A stretch of 64,000 nucleotides of DNA from an uncultured Candidatus Micrarchaeota archaeon (GCA_963753785.1 CAVWDL010000007.1:1-64000); one strand, 5' to 3'. Shown: positions 37,777 through 47,573, numbered from the stretch's first letter. The notes: generated from the letters alone by a model not told the origin. Program-made: numbers and translations.

Positions 37777-38553
37777 TCATCTATTAAAAGGATTCTTTCT
37801 ATTTCCGAACTTTCGGGATCCGCGCTTGAACACAACTATACCAAGTGCCACCACTATCACTATCGCCATTCCAATACCGACGTCAGGAAGAATGTTACTG
37901 TATGTGTTGTTTTGTGGAGGCGAGGAGGATTTCGATGAACCCTGCGTGACCGCCGCCTGTGTCAATGAGGTGGTCACGGAAACTGTCGTCGACTGCTTGC
38001 TCCCGTTCACCTGTGCCAGTGGAGTGGTGCGGATCACTGTCGTTGTAGAGGGCGCCGTGGATTCTGACTGTGAAGAGCTTGATCCTTCTCCCGGTGAAGA
38101 AGCCACTACTGACGAGGGGGTAGAAGTGGTTGTCAAAGAAGTAGTAGTGGATGAAGTAGATATAGAAGGTGTAGAAGCAACGAAGTTCACATACATTTGT
38201 TTATTCATATGAAAGGCTATGTTCCCAGAGCCTTGGAACGCTGCGGAAAGGAATCCGTTGAAACTTGTTGGGGACAGATCGGTGACGCTGACTTGTATAG
38301 GGTAATCCGAATTCGCTGGAATTGTGCCGCTGGCAACGCTAGTTTGAATCAACATTGAAGAAGCATTGTATGAAGGCAACACGACATTGAAAGAGACAGG
38401 CGCGGTTCCGGTATTTACCAAGGTCCAGGTATTCGTCAGTTTTTGATTCGTTTGCGTGAAATTGAAATACAGAAATCCTGAATACTCTCCGACCGAAGCG
38501 GAGGCGATGCTTACGAGCATAACGCATACCGCAATCGAGAGGAGGGTTTTCAA
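37777..38553 (-). CDS. beta-sandwich domain surface protein with S/T linker and C-terminal TM anchor (cassette gene B1)
   Basis: A signal peptide is followed by a 110 aa domain (GEYSGFLYFNFT...TWTLVN...), an S/T-rich linker, a TM and a basic tail. It is a paralog of 40317..40964. Confidence 0.55.
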   Translation of the reverse strand: MKTLLSIAVCVMLVSIASASVGEYSGFLYFNFTQTNQKLTNTWTLVNTGTAPVSFNVVLPSYNASSMLIQTSVASGTIPANSDYPIQVSVTDLSPTSFNGFLSAAFQGSGNIAFHMNKQMYVNFVASTPSISTSSTTTSLTTTSTPSSVVASSPGEGSSSSQSESTAPSTTTVIRTTPLAQVNGSKQSTTVSVTTSLTQAAVTQGSSKSSSPPQNNTYSNILPDVGIGMAIVIVVALGIVVFKRGSRKFGNRKNPFNR

Positions 38554-38603
38554 GTTATCATCTAATTAAGTATGAGTGGGGATTTCTCCCCACAAGGTTG
38601 GTC

Positions 38604-39188
38604 TTAGCAAGACCCTGTCACTACTATCTGCTGGTCGTAAAGGCCCGCTGTTAGCTTAGGCGGTGCGGTTACGGTGAAGGTTATCGGATACCACGTATTC
38701 GATCCATCAGAAGGTAGGCTCGACTCTACTGATAGAGAGGGGTTGCTGTTCCCAGGCAGAGCGGTAGGGCTAGCGACAGTGCCATAGGCTCCTCCTGCGG
38801 TCACGTATGTCGTTATTCCGTCAATCCATGTGGCTCCCTGATACCAACCAGCGGAAGGCGCTGATTCAGCTACACCGCCTTCATCGTTGTATGCCACAGA
38901 CACAGGCATGTCGCTGAAGGTGGTTCCCAGAGTATCGGGCTTGCCTGCATTCTGAACATATAGAATCCCTCCATTAACAGGATCTATTGCCAGGCTAAGC
39001 ACAGGGGTTTCCACCGATCCTCCCGCTCCGGTTGCGCTAAGTACGCAGGTCGCAGGCATATAGGTAGATGTAAAGTTAGCCGTTACAGTGACAGTATCTG
39101 CCGCCACTATTCCGACTCCCATCATCCCCATCACACAGAGGACACTAAAGAGTCCTAATATTTTTCCATTTTTCATCCCATCACGCAT
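38604..39188 (-). CDS. secreted protein ending in conserved ...QQIVVTGSC C-terminus (cassette gene A1)
   Basis: A signal peptide is present. The C-terminal 25 aa (TAGLYDQQIVVTGSC*) are homologous to the C-terminus of 41034..42077 (TAGAITQQISLVSGC*). Confidence 0.5.
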   Translation of the reverse strand: MRDGMKNGKILGLFSVLCVMGMMGVGIVAADTVTVTANFTSTYMPATCVLSATGAGGSVETPVLSLAIDPVNGGILYVQNAGKPDTLGTTFSDMPVSVAYNDEGGVAESAPSAGWYQGATWIDGITTYVTAGGAYGTVASPTALPGNSNPSLSVESSLPSDGSNTWYPITFTVTAPPKLTAGLYDQQIVVTGSC

Positions 39189-39436
39189 AACGGGCTTAAG
39201 TCCGGTGATTTTCCGCCAGCGCCCTACTGGCAGAAAGCTGCATCAATTTTTACTTTATGAAACTAATTTGCAGCTTAATCCGAACCAAGCAGATAGGCAA
39301 CTAGGAGGCTTAATAAGACTATCACAGGAGCCATCTGATTCCAGTATTAGGAAGAGTAGTGGCATGGAGTTTTTTGCGGATTTGACGTCGATAATTCAGA
39401 AGTTTCATAGCTATGAATTAAGACGCATTTCTTATT

Positions 39437-40273
39437 TCAATGTCCGTATTTTGTTGTGGTCGTAGGCACCGTCGTAGAACTCGTTGTCTTGGCAGTCGTT
39501 GTTGGCTTCGAGGTCGTGGATGACGTCGTCGACTTCGTGGAGGTGGTCGACTTTGTCGTTGAGGTCGTGGACTTGGTGGATGTTGTGGTGGAGGTGGAAG
39601 TCGACTTGGTTGTCGTTGAAGGGGCTATCACTGAATATGACAGCGTCGTGCTTGCCGCTGCGCAGTGGTCGTCGGTATTTGGTATCGCGATGCACTCCGC
39701 GGTGTACGTGCCCGCGTCCATATCAGAACAATGGAAGATAGCGTTGTTCCCGGTCCACTTCACCCAGTCGCACTCGTGCTTCAGGCCGTTCGCATATGCG
39801 TTGATGCAGTCGAAGCTCTGGTTCTTTGCAGGGCATGCTATGGTGAAGCCCGATTCTGGAGCAGGGGATGCAGGAGACACTACCGGAGTTCCGAGTCCCG
39901 TGTTCACAGGGCGTATCGTGGTCGTGACGCTGGACGTCGAGGTTGTCGATGTACTGATGCAGTGAAGGTTCTGCGGAGGTAGGAACCAGCCGAAGTTGTC
40001 CTGGATCCATCCGAAGTGGTCGGATAGCCACCACCATGGATCATGGTATACTGTGCAGTAAGGTATCGTGGTGCTGGAAGAGGTAGAGGAGAAAGTGGAT
40101 GTCGATAACGTCGATGAGGTCGTTGATGAGAGGGATGTGCTTGTGGAGGTGGTCGATGTGGAGTTCAGCATCGCGGTTGCCACTATGATGTTGGGTGCCG
40201 CATACGAGAACGCCACCATTACGAATAGCGCGACAGGGAACATCAGCACTAAACGAGATAGGTTTCCCTTCAT
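39437..40273 (-). CDS. secreted protein with conserved 6-Cys domain and S/T/K-rich tail (cassette gene C2)
   Basis: Paralog of 36782..37753. Confidence 0.55.
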   Translation of the reverse strand: MKGNLSRLVLMFPVALFVMVAFSYAAPNIIVATAMLNSTSTTSTSTSLSSTTSSTLSTSTFSSTSSSTTIPYCTVYHDPWWWLSDHFGWIQDNFGWFLPPQNLHCISTSTTSTSSVTTTIRPVNTGLGTPVVSPASPAPESGFTIACPAKNQSFDCINAYANGLKHECDWVKWTGNNAIFHCSDMDAGTYTAECIAIPNTDDHCAAASTTLSYSVIAPSTTTKSTSTSTTTSTKSTTSTTKSTTSTKSTTSSTTSKPTTTAKTTSSTTVPTTTTKYGH

Positions 40274-40316
40274 TCAAGCATACCTTACTCCAGACGTTCT
40301 CTTAAAGCTCATTCTT

Positions 40317-40964
40317 CTATTTTTTTGCAGTCCCTGATCCGCGCCTGGAAAACATGACTCCGATTCCCACGCCTATCGCTATGGCCAGTACGATTCCTAT
40401 TGCCGGAAGGAGCAGGCTTGATGCGCTGTTGCTCGGGTTCGAACCTGACTGTTCGCCTGACTGCGAGCTCTGCTGAGGTATGGTCGTAGGAGATGAGACG
40501 GTCCCTGATGGAATAGTCGTAGATGCCGCGACCTGCTCCACTGTTGTCGTTACGGGAGGCAAAGATGTGCCGTTTATCTGGATGAGCTTCGTCGTCCCTA
40601 GCTTTATTCCAGAGCTCCCTGAATTGGTTGTGCTGTTGCTTCCTGTGAATGCGGTTATGTAGCCGGACTCTGTGTAATTAGTGTTAGATATGACGGTAAC
40701 GTTTATCGGGAAGTATGAGTTCGGCGCTATTGTCCCGTTCATCACGGAAGTGGTCAGAGTTACGCCCTGGATGCTCGGCTTAATGACATAGAAAGGCAGA
40801 GTCACGTTGAAATTGTTGACCAAGGTCCACGTTTGCGTCTGGGGGATGCTTATCAGCGCATTGTAATAGAGTACTCCCGAAACCTCGCCGAAGGATCCGG
40901 AACTCGCCATGACTGTGCAGGTCAGTGAAACAAACATCATTATTAGGATAATTTCGTTTTTCAT
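40317..40964 (-). CDS. beta-sandwich domain surface protein with C-terminal TM anchor (cassette gene B2)
   Basis: Paralog of 37777..38553 (GEVSGVLYYN...TWTLVN...TSVMNGTIAPNSYFPINVTV). Confidence 0.55.
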   Translation of the reverse strand: MKNEIILIMMFVSLTCTVMASSGSFGEVSGVLYYNALISIPQTQTWTLVNNFNVTLPFYVIKPSIQGVTLTTSVMNGTIAPNSYFPINVTVISNTNYTESGYITAFTGSNSTTNSGSSGIKLGTTKLIQINGTSLPPVTTTVEQVAASTTIPSGTVSSPTTIPQQSSQSGEQSGSNPSNSASSLLLPAIGIVLAIAIGVGIGVMFSRRGSGTAKK

Positions 40965-41033
40965 TTGATCACAAAAGATGTGGCGGGAGACTTATTATGC
41001 CTCCCGCCACTAAAGCTGTCTGTCAGACTTTCG

Positions 41034-42077
41034 TCAGCACCCGCTGACCAGCGATATCTGCTGCGTTATCGCTCCTGCAGTTGCCGTTCCGACAGGAACG
41101 GTCAGGGCGAAGGTCAGAGCAGACTGGCCTCCCAGAGGTGCTAGGTTCGCGTTCGTGTTCACCTGGCTCGTAGTTAGAGCAGTAGGCCCTGTGAGTCCAG
41201 GAGTGGCGCTCCAAGTAGTCCAGCTAGGGCTGCCGATCGCCAAACTCGCCGAGTTCCTCCAGTAGTCTCCGAGTATGGAGAGGGAAGAAGTCACAGTTCC
41301 CAGGTTCGTCACCGTTACAGGTGACGCAGTTGCAGAGTGTCCGGAGAGTATAGTTCCGAAGTTCAGCACCTGTGAAGACAGAGACAGTGCGCAGGTAGAT
41401 GCCTGAAGGTTTGCTCCTGCTATCAGGCTCGAAGAGGCTGAAGACACGATGTCTCCAGTGTTTCCAAGACCAGAGTTTATCCACTGTCCACCATTAGGTG
41501 CGGTGTATGTCCAAGACCACGCCAAATCACCGTTAAGGTAGTGGAAGTTGTTCTCATCTGCGCTCGGGAAGTAATACTTTATCCAATCAAAGGGAGTTGG
41601 ATTTCCAGATCCTCCAGTAATCACAATATCTGTCTTGCTTCCTCCAAAATTGAAGATAGCAGTTAAAGGAGACGCTGTTGTGTTCAATGCACCTGCAGAA
41701 GTTATCTGTGCGTCATAACCTCCTGTCATCAGACCGCATTCGTCAGTTGGTTCTGTTACTCCAGGTCCATACTGAGGGCTTCCCACTCCTGCAAAGGTGC
41801 AGAAGGTTCCCGAATAGGTAGAGTTTATCTCATATGTTCCAGCAACACTTGTGCTCCAGATAGTCACCGTCTTAGTGTAGTTGTCAAGAGCCCAATAGTG
41901 GCCGCTGACAGCACTATCCTCGTTATTATGCACCACCCAGCTCACATGAGCTACCGGTGCCCCCAGAGTTGCGACCGTGTTAGGGCCCGCCGCTCCTACC
42001 ATTCCCATTATTCCCACCATACTCATAAGGAACACAGCAAGTGCGCCCCCCATTCGTATGCTATTTCTCGTATTCAT
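41034..42077 (-). CDS. secreted protein ending in ...QQISLVSGC C-terminus (cassette gene A2)
   Basis: Larger paralog of 38604..39188. It has a signal peptide, and a TATA (AATAAAAATAAG) lies just upstream. Confidence 0.5.
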   Translation of the reverse strand: MNTRNSIRMGGALAVFLMSMVGIMGMVGAAGPNTVATLGAPVAHVSWVVHNNEDSAVSGHYWALDNYTKTVTIWSTSVAGTYEINSTYSGTFCTFAGVGSPQYGPGVTEPTDECGLMTGGYDAQITSAGALNTTASPLTAIFNFGGSKTDIVITGGSGNPTPFDWIKYYFPSADENNFHYLNGDLAWSWTYTAPNGGQWINSGLGNTGDIVSSASSSLIAGANLQASTCALSLSSQVLNFGTILSGHSATASPVTVTNLGTVTSSLSILGDYWRNSASLAIGSPSWTTWSATPGLTGPTALTTSQVNTNANLAPLGGQSALTFALTVPVGTATAGAITQQISLVSGC

Positions 42078-42161
42078 ATTATTCCTCTTATTTTTATTCA
42101 GCAGAATATTCGTGAACGTCCGACATGAAGGAAGAGAAAGGAAAAGCAGAGCTGGCTCTTG

Positions 42162-42365
42162 TTATTTCTCCGCTCGATATTTTCCCCATCCAATCCCCAC
42201 ACAGAACCTTACAGACAGCGGCTCCTCTCTGGCTGCCTTAATAAGGATTATTCCGTATTCGTTGCCCACCCGGAATACAGTCAAGTACTGCATTAGCGGC
42301 CCGTGATATTTAAAGATTCCTTTCAGGGCACTTCCTTCCGTCGTGAAAATCCGGGTTTCACGCAT
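42162..42365 (-). CDS. possible small protein
   Basis: A 67 aa ORF. The near-palindromic box GGCAATATAACCATTG lies about 40 nt upstream and may act bidirectionally with 42436. Confidence 0.25.
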   Translation of the reverse strand: MRETRIFTTEGSALKGIFKYHGPLMQYLTVFRVGNEYGIILIKAAREEPLSVRFCVGIGWGKYRAEK

Positions 42366-42393
42366 CTCCGGAGGAGGGATCCTAGAATAACGT

Positions 42394-42409
42394 CAATGGT
42401 TATATTGCC
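42394..42409 (+). promoter_or_regulatory. BRE/TATA-like promoter (CAATGGTTATATTGCC), near-palindromic, between divergent small ORFs
   Basis: It lies 30 nt upstream of ATG 42436. Confidence 0.45.
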
Positions 42410-42435
42410 TGAAAACTCAGTAACCATGTGGAAGG

Positions 42436-42723
42436 ATGCCTGAACTGAACAAAGAGAGCAGGAAGCAAGCGACACTCGAGATTTCCGGTAACCAGGCCCC
42501 TACGTACTACTTCAAGGAAAGGAACAAGAGGACCAGGGAGTGGGAGAACATCAAAAGGTTCAGCATAATCAAGATTCTCGACAATGACGCGAAATCGGGC
42601 AAATCCCTCGTGGACGCCCTCGCGCTCGACAGGGAGACGGAGACTCCGCTCGGGATCGTAACCGCGGTACGAACACGACCAGGAGAGGCAGAAGACAATC
42701 ATCAGGCTAAGGAAGGTCAATGA
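42436..42723 (+). CDS. small charged hypothetical protein
   Basis: A 95 aa K/E/R-rich ORF with a clean promoter spacing. Confidence 0.45.
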   Translation: MPELNKESRKQATLEISGNQAPTYYFKERNKRTREWENIKRFSIIKILDNDAKSGKSLVDALALDRETETPLGIVTAVRTRPGEAEDNHQAKEGQ

Positions 42724-42824
42724 CGATGACCTGAAGGGCCTCAGGCGATAGGCGGTGCCGCATCCCGCAAGGGCGGGCCAGACCACTCCTCAGTTTATAA
42801 GTCTTAATCTCTTATTCGGATGGT

Positions 42825-43955
42825 ATGGAGGGCAAAGCGCCGAACGAGGCGGAGGTCGCGGGCATCCTGCTAGTGGGAGCGATAGTCGTTTTCGCCGCTC
42901 TCCTCTTCATCCTCCCCAACCCTCCGCTCGCCGCCAACTTCACCGTTAACGAGTCGTCAACCATCTCGACGACGACCACCATCCTGGCAAACACCACGAC
43001 CACATCGACCACGTCCCTCTCCACGTACGACGAACAACCCGACTACAACCGGGAGCACCACCACAGTGGCGACCACTACCGTCGCCAACGCCACGGCCAA
43101 TTCCACGACCTCCTCGGTATCGACCACCTCTCCACGTCGACCACGGCGCAGACGACGACTGTCGCAGTCGGGCGCTTCTATAACAGGGGAGATCTCCGGA
43201 TTCAACGCACCCGAGCGGAGTCTCGATATCCCCCAACGCGGGTATGCCTATGTCGTCAGCAACGGATCGGTGATGATAGTCAACACCGCCACGAAAAGAA
43301 TCACGGGCGCGATACCAGGATTCGCCAGCCCTTATGACGTTGCGATATCGCCCGAAGGCACGTTCGCCTTCGTCACAGAATACCAGAACGGAATGGTAAG
43401 CATAGTCAACACTTCCACGACCTCCGCCTCAGGCATAATCGTCGGCTTCAACAACCCTGCCGGGGTCGCGATCGCACCCGGAGGGGCGTACGCCTACGTG
43501 GTTACGAGCGGGGACGATTCGGTGAGCATAGTGAACACGTCGTCTGACACGATAACGGGCACGATCACCGGCTTCGCCGACCCCCAGTACGTTGCCATCG
43601 CACCCAACGGAAAGTACGCCTATGTCACCAACCCCTGAGCGGATCCGTGAGCATAGTCAACACTTCTACACAATCCATAGCGAGGTCCATCACCGGCTTC
43701 CAACGTCCTGAAGGCGTCTCGTTCGCACCCGGAGGGGCGTACGCCTACGTGGCCAACGGGGGCAACAGCACCGTGAGCATAGTGAACACCACCACCGGCG
43801 GGATTGTCGGCACGGTCAAGGGCTTTGACGGTCCCGAGGGCGTATCGATCTCCCCGAGCGGGAAGTACGCCTACGTGACCAATGAGAACGTCGTGAATGT
43901 GAACTCGACGGCAGGCCTCGGCGTTGTCGTTTTCATAGTCGGCACGGCGGAGTAG
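42825..43955 (+). pseudogene. YVTN-family beta-propeller repeat surface protein, frame interrupted (at least 2 indels)
   Basis: Track ORFs 42825..43337 (N-terminal TM plus T-rich), 43066..43638 and 43647..43955 carry repeated G(A/K)YAYV(T/V)N...SVSIVNT(S/T)T units in alternating frames. The junction KYAYVTNP* / (S)GSVSIVNTST is near 43637. The TATA (CAGTTTATAAGTC) is upstream. Confidence 0.55.
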
Positions 43956-44067
43956 TGCTCTCGTCATCCCAGGGTCGGTCACGATGCGAGATATCGGGTC
44001 TGTACACTAAGTTTAAAAGGAGGGGATTGACAAAATAACAACTCTCAGCGTTTGCTTTGAATATAAC

Positions 44068-44086
44068 ATTAATGCTTATATGTGCA
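44068..44086 (+). promoter_or_regulatory. BRE/TATA-like promoter consensus (TTAATGCTTATATGTGC)
   Basis: It lies about 40 nt upstream of ATG 44123. Confidence 0.4.
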
Positions 44087-44122
44087 GACTGGGCAGACGG
44101 ACACAAGAAAAGATGTGATAAG

Positions 44123-44392
44123 ATGCCAGCGAAAATAGGGGAGGCCCTAAAGGTCGGGAGCGTAATAGTCCCTCCGGGAAAGGTCAACGCGATATGGCAG
44201 AGTACTGGCGGGAGCACGGAAGAGATGCACGCGGTGGTGATCGGGGATTCGAGGTCGGCGAAGCTTGCATTCCTTGCTGCAAAGCGCGGCTCGCGCATCA
44301 CAGAGAAGCAGATTACGGACAATCAGCTCAAACAGGGACACCTCTTGAGGATAACAGATGCCTCGGAGATACAGACCTCTGATGAGCTCTGA
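44123..44392 (+). CDS. small hypothetical protein
   Basis: Internal ATG of ORF-track 44057..44392 (MPAKIGEALKVGSVIVPPGKV...). Confidence 0.4.
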   Translation: MPAKIGEALKVGSVIVPPGKVNAIWQSTGGSTEEMHAVVIGDSRSAKLAFLAAKRGSRITEKQITDNQLKQGHLLRITDASEIQTSDEL

Positions 44393-44515
44393 AGCGACAA
44401 AAACGCAGAAGTGCTGGACCTGGCCTATGTCTTGCGGAAGAAAGAACGCAGGGCATAGGTACAGGCACAGTCGGCACGGCTCGATGATAGATGCCTACTT
44501 GCGGCACGCCACGCG

Positions 44516-44951
44516 TCACTGCTTTGACTTCTGCCTTTCTGATTTATCAAGCCCCCTTACGGAAGCCATTGCGGTGCCGATGTCCGAGGTCACATCGTCT
44601 CTCGTTATCGCGCCTAAGTCAAACGCGTCCACAATTTCGGCGCCCCGGGATCCCATCGATACGAAGTTATCGTTGAAGCGAGGGATCGGGCTAATTTCCG
44701 TTTCGTCATGGTCCCTTATTATCTTCGCCAAAGGCGCGTCCAGCCTTTCATAATAGAGGGGATCCACAGCACTCTTCCTCGGACCCGACAGCGACGGCGC
44801 CATGTCTTTGTTCTTTATGTCACCGAGCTGCATGTAGAGATCTCTTTTTCTCCGTTTTTTAGGATCTGCCCGGCGTCGTCCGCCGTGAACGGCGTGTCCC
44901 TCAGCTTCTTCAACTTGCCCTCTATCTCAGTGCGGATTTGTTTTTCCTTCA
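44516..44951 (-). pseudogene. hypothetical protein, apparent frameshift between a 46 aa leader ORF and ORF 44516..44833
   Basis: The promoter CGCCAATGCATAAATAGGCG is on the minus strand (plus 44996-45015). The first ATG at 44951 opens MKEKQIRTEIEGKLKKLRDTPFTADDAGQILKNGEKEISTCSSVT*. This ORF overlaps the longer one starting MQLGDIKNK... in the +2 frame. Confidence 0.35.
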
Positions 44952-45208
44952 TCTCATCGTCCCAAAAACGCCAATGTCAGAGACCCTAACATCAACGCCT
45001 ATTTATGCATTGGCGTTATTTTTGTCACGCATCACACCTTTCCGTTTACCGCGCGCGAAATAACGTCAACGAATATATACCTGGAAAAACAGAGACGATG
45101 GGATGAGAATGCCACGGAAACACGACTATGCTGAGCTAGGAGTCCGCTAAGAAAGGAAGGCAGGTCGCTCCGAAGAAAGAGCTGAGGGAGGTACTGGACA
45201 CGGAGTTC

Positions 45209-45679
45209 ATGGAAGGGCTGGATAGCGGCGAGAAGGATTTCTCATACATAAGGCTCAAGACGGAGAGGAGGGACGGGAAGCCTGACGTCACATGGGCGGA
45301 CCTGAGGAGTCGGAACTTGAACGGCTCGAGTCTCGATTTCTCGGACATGAGGATGGCGAGGGTTGGGAAGGCCACACGAGTTCATGGCGCCAGCATGATG
45401 TGGGTGGACGCGAGGGGGGTCGAAGGCATGGAGAGCATGGACGGCGTTGAGAGCATGAAATTCTACCGTATGCTTGTGACCGAGAGGCAGAGGAACCTCA
45501 TAAATGACGCGATCCTGAAGGGCTCTGGGGTCACATACGGCCTCTCGGAGCTGGAGGAGGCGAGGAGGGACACGCCAGGACGTACCCGAACAGGTTCACT
45601 ATCAGGACTTTCGCCTCGGAGGACATTCCGCCTTCGAGAGAGGCCGCCAAGAAAGGAGAGGCTGCCCGTAAAGGGATAG
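45209..45679 (+). CDS. pentapeptide-repeat protein (paralog 1); N-terminus probably begins about 45103 and is frameshifted near 45135
   Basis: A(D/N)LxxxNLxG-type repeats are present (ADLRSRNLNGSSLDFSDMRMARV). The conserved leader includes a short ORF MRMPRKHDYAELGVR* that is homologous to the N-terminus of paralog 2. The TATA is GAATATATACC at 45072-45082. Confidence 0.5.
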   Translation: MEGLDSGEKDFSYIRLKTERRDGKPDVTWADLRSRNLNGSSLDFSDMRMARVGKATRVHGASMMWVDARGVEGMESMDGVESMKFYRMLVTERQRNLINDAILKGSGVTYGLSELEEARRDTPGRTRTGSLSGLSPRRTFRLRERPPRKERLPVKG

Positions 45680-45894
45680 CGGCATGCGGCAGGGATTGAT
45701 CGCAACCGGCGCTTTTCGATTTGCCTTGAGAATAAAGCCAATGAATATATAGTCCGGAAAACGAAGAATGATGGGGGTAAGATGGAAATAGAGAACGAGC
45801 TTAGGCTCAATCCCAGGAAAGTGGACTGGCGAGATCAAGGACAGGACGTTCATCAAGGAGCTAAGGGAAGGCAGGAAGGAGTTTCCCAAAAATA

Positions 45895-46254
45895 GTGCTT
45901 GTTGCGGAGGTGAGCGGCGCGAAGGCAAGTATCGCCGGAGAGAATCTCAGGGGAGTAAATCTCAGCGGCGCCAAACTGGACAATGCCGACGCCAGCAATG
46001 CGGTTGTCGACAGGACGACGCGCATCCCGAACGCCAGCTTCAAGAACGCCAATCTCGTGGGAGTCCGCATTGAACTTCCGGAGGGTGTCGAATCCGCGAT
46101 ATTCTACCGGACTGAGGTGACAAGGGAGGCGAAGAACGCGACAATAGAGGAGATCCAGAGAAGGCTCAGCATAAAGCTCGACTATTACCAGACCAATTCG
46201 ATGTTCACAGTCAAGGATTTGCGCCGACAGCGCCACGGCTACAAGAGAGACTGA
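45895..46254 (+). CDS. pentapeptide-repeat protein (paralog 2); N-terminal ORF MEIENELRLNPRKVDW... is in another frame (frameshift near 45890)
   Basis: The repeats are GENLRGVNLSGAKLDNADASNAVVD. It shares ES(M/A)(K/I)FYR..VT with paralog 1. The TATA is GAATATATAGTCCGGAAAA at 45744-45762. Confidence 0.5.
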   Translation: MLVAEVSGAKASIAGENLRGVNLSGAKLDNADASNAVVDRTTRIPNASFKNANLVGVRIELPEGVESAIFYRTEVTREAKNATIEEIQRRLSIKLDYYQTNSMFTVKDLRRQRHGYKRD

Positions 46255-46258
46255 CCGG

Positions 46259-47062
46259 CTACCTGTCCCTGAGGAACCATTTGGCTAGCCGCTCTAGGAT
46301 CGTTGGCTTAGTCTCCCTCTCGGGGGTGAACGCGCCGTCCTGCTCCCTGTCCTTTACCTTGAGGGAGTACTCCCTCGCAAGGTCCTCTATCCCGAGGCAG
46401 AAGTATGAGTTCCGATCGATCATGAAAGCGGGCTTCTGCTTGAAGATGCTCTCCGAGACTATCCTGTCCTCGGGTATCGCCTGGAACGCAACGTCGCCGT
46501 AGATCTTCTCCACGTCCGCCCTCTCGAGGTCGAACTTCCCGTATCCGACCCTGTTGATTATGAGCCTGTGCTCGAGCTTCAGCTTCTCGCAGTAGCGCGC
46601 CATCCTGTAGCCCCCCTTGGACGCCACCTTGTCGGGGGTCGTCAGTATCGCGACGTCGTCGATGTACTTGGCGATGTTCTCGGCGAACCTGCCGGGAGGG
46701 CTGTCTATGAGTATGAAGTCGTAGTTCTGCTTGGCGAGCTTCGCGTAGAACTTCTCAACCTGTTCCTGCCCTAGATCGGAGTCCATGCTGGTGCCGCTCT
46801 CAGGTATCAGGTAGAGGTCTATGGGCTCGTACGCGAAGAGGACGTCCGCAATCTCCGCGTCGCCCCTGACAACGTCGGCGTAGCCCCTACCATCCACCTT
46901 TATACCGAGCTGCTCGCTCGCGCTCGCGGACTGCGTGTCGGTGTCTACAAGGAGGACCTTGAAGTTGTGGTACCTGAGGGCGACCGCGAGGTTGAGCGCG
47001 ATCGTGGTCTTCCCTACCCCTCCTTTCTGTGAAGCTATGAATATGAAGAAAGGCTTGCCCAT
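46259..47062 (-). CDS. MinD/ParA-family P-loop ATPase
   Basis: A deviant Walker A IASQKGGVGKTTIALNLA is present, together with LVDTDTQ and ILIDSPPG. The start was trimmed to MGKPFFIFIAS. Confidence 0.8.
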   Translation of the reverse strand: MGKPFFIFIASQKGGVGKTTIALNLAVALRYHNFKVLLVDTDTQSASASEQLGIKVDGRGYADVVRGDAEIADVLFAYEPIDLYLIPESGTSMDSDLGQEQVEKFYAKLAKQNYDFILIDSPPGRFAENIAKYIDDVAILTTPDKVASKGGYRMARYCEKLKLEHRLIINRVGYGKFDLERADVEKIYGDVAFQAIPEDRIVSESIFKQKPAFMIDRNSYFCLGIEDLAREYSLKVKDREQDGAFTPERETKPTILERLAKWFLRDR

Positions 47063-47255
47063 CGGATCTCCCAATAAAGAGTAAAGTGATGGTCTTAATA
47101 TTATAATCCTTCGCATCGTTCCCGTCCAAAATGCGGTTCTTTAAAAACAGTCCGGCGAAATGTTTCGGTAAATAAAAACAGATTTCTTCTGCGGCCTGAG
47201 GGCAATAGCCCACAGCCACAGAATGCCGAGACAAGACCGACTTATCTCAGAGAGG

Positions 47256-47573
47256 TCACATCCTCCTTGCCCGTACAAAATCCGCCCGTACAGCAGCGGC
47301 TTGTACAACAGTCTTTGCGTACTTGTACGCTTCGGATGCGTTTTCTTCAGACACTTCCCTTTTCTCTATTGCCGTGAAGAGCCTCGACACGTCAAGGTTC
47401 ATCGGCGTCTTGGGGTAATAGTCCCTCCTTGTCAGAGCCCAAGGTCCGAACGTGTCTGCTCTAGCCCCTGAGAAGGCTTTGCCTTCTGCCCTCCTCTTAT
47501 CCTGGTCGAGCTGGACCATTTCTTTCGCCACTCTCCAGGTCAGGCCTGCTGTCTTTGCTTTATTCTCGCTCAT
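47256..47573 (-). CDS. hypothetical protein behind consensus promoter
   Basis: Internal ATG at 47573 (MSENKAKTAG...). The promoter CCAACGCTTAAATAGACAGG is on the minus strand (plus 47621-47636). Confidence 0.45.
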   Translation of the reverse strand: MSENKAKTAGLTWRVAKEMVQLDQDKRRAEGKAFSGARADTFGPWALTRRDYYPKTPMNLDVSRLFTAIEKREVSEENASEAYKYAKTVVQAAAVRADFVRARRM

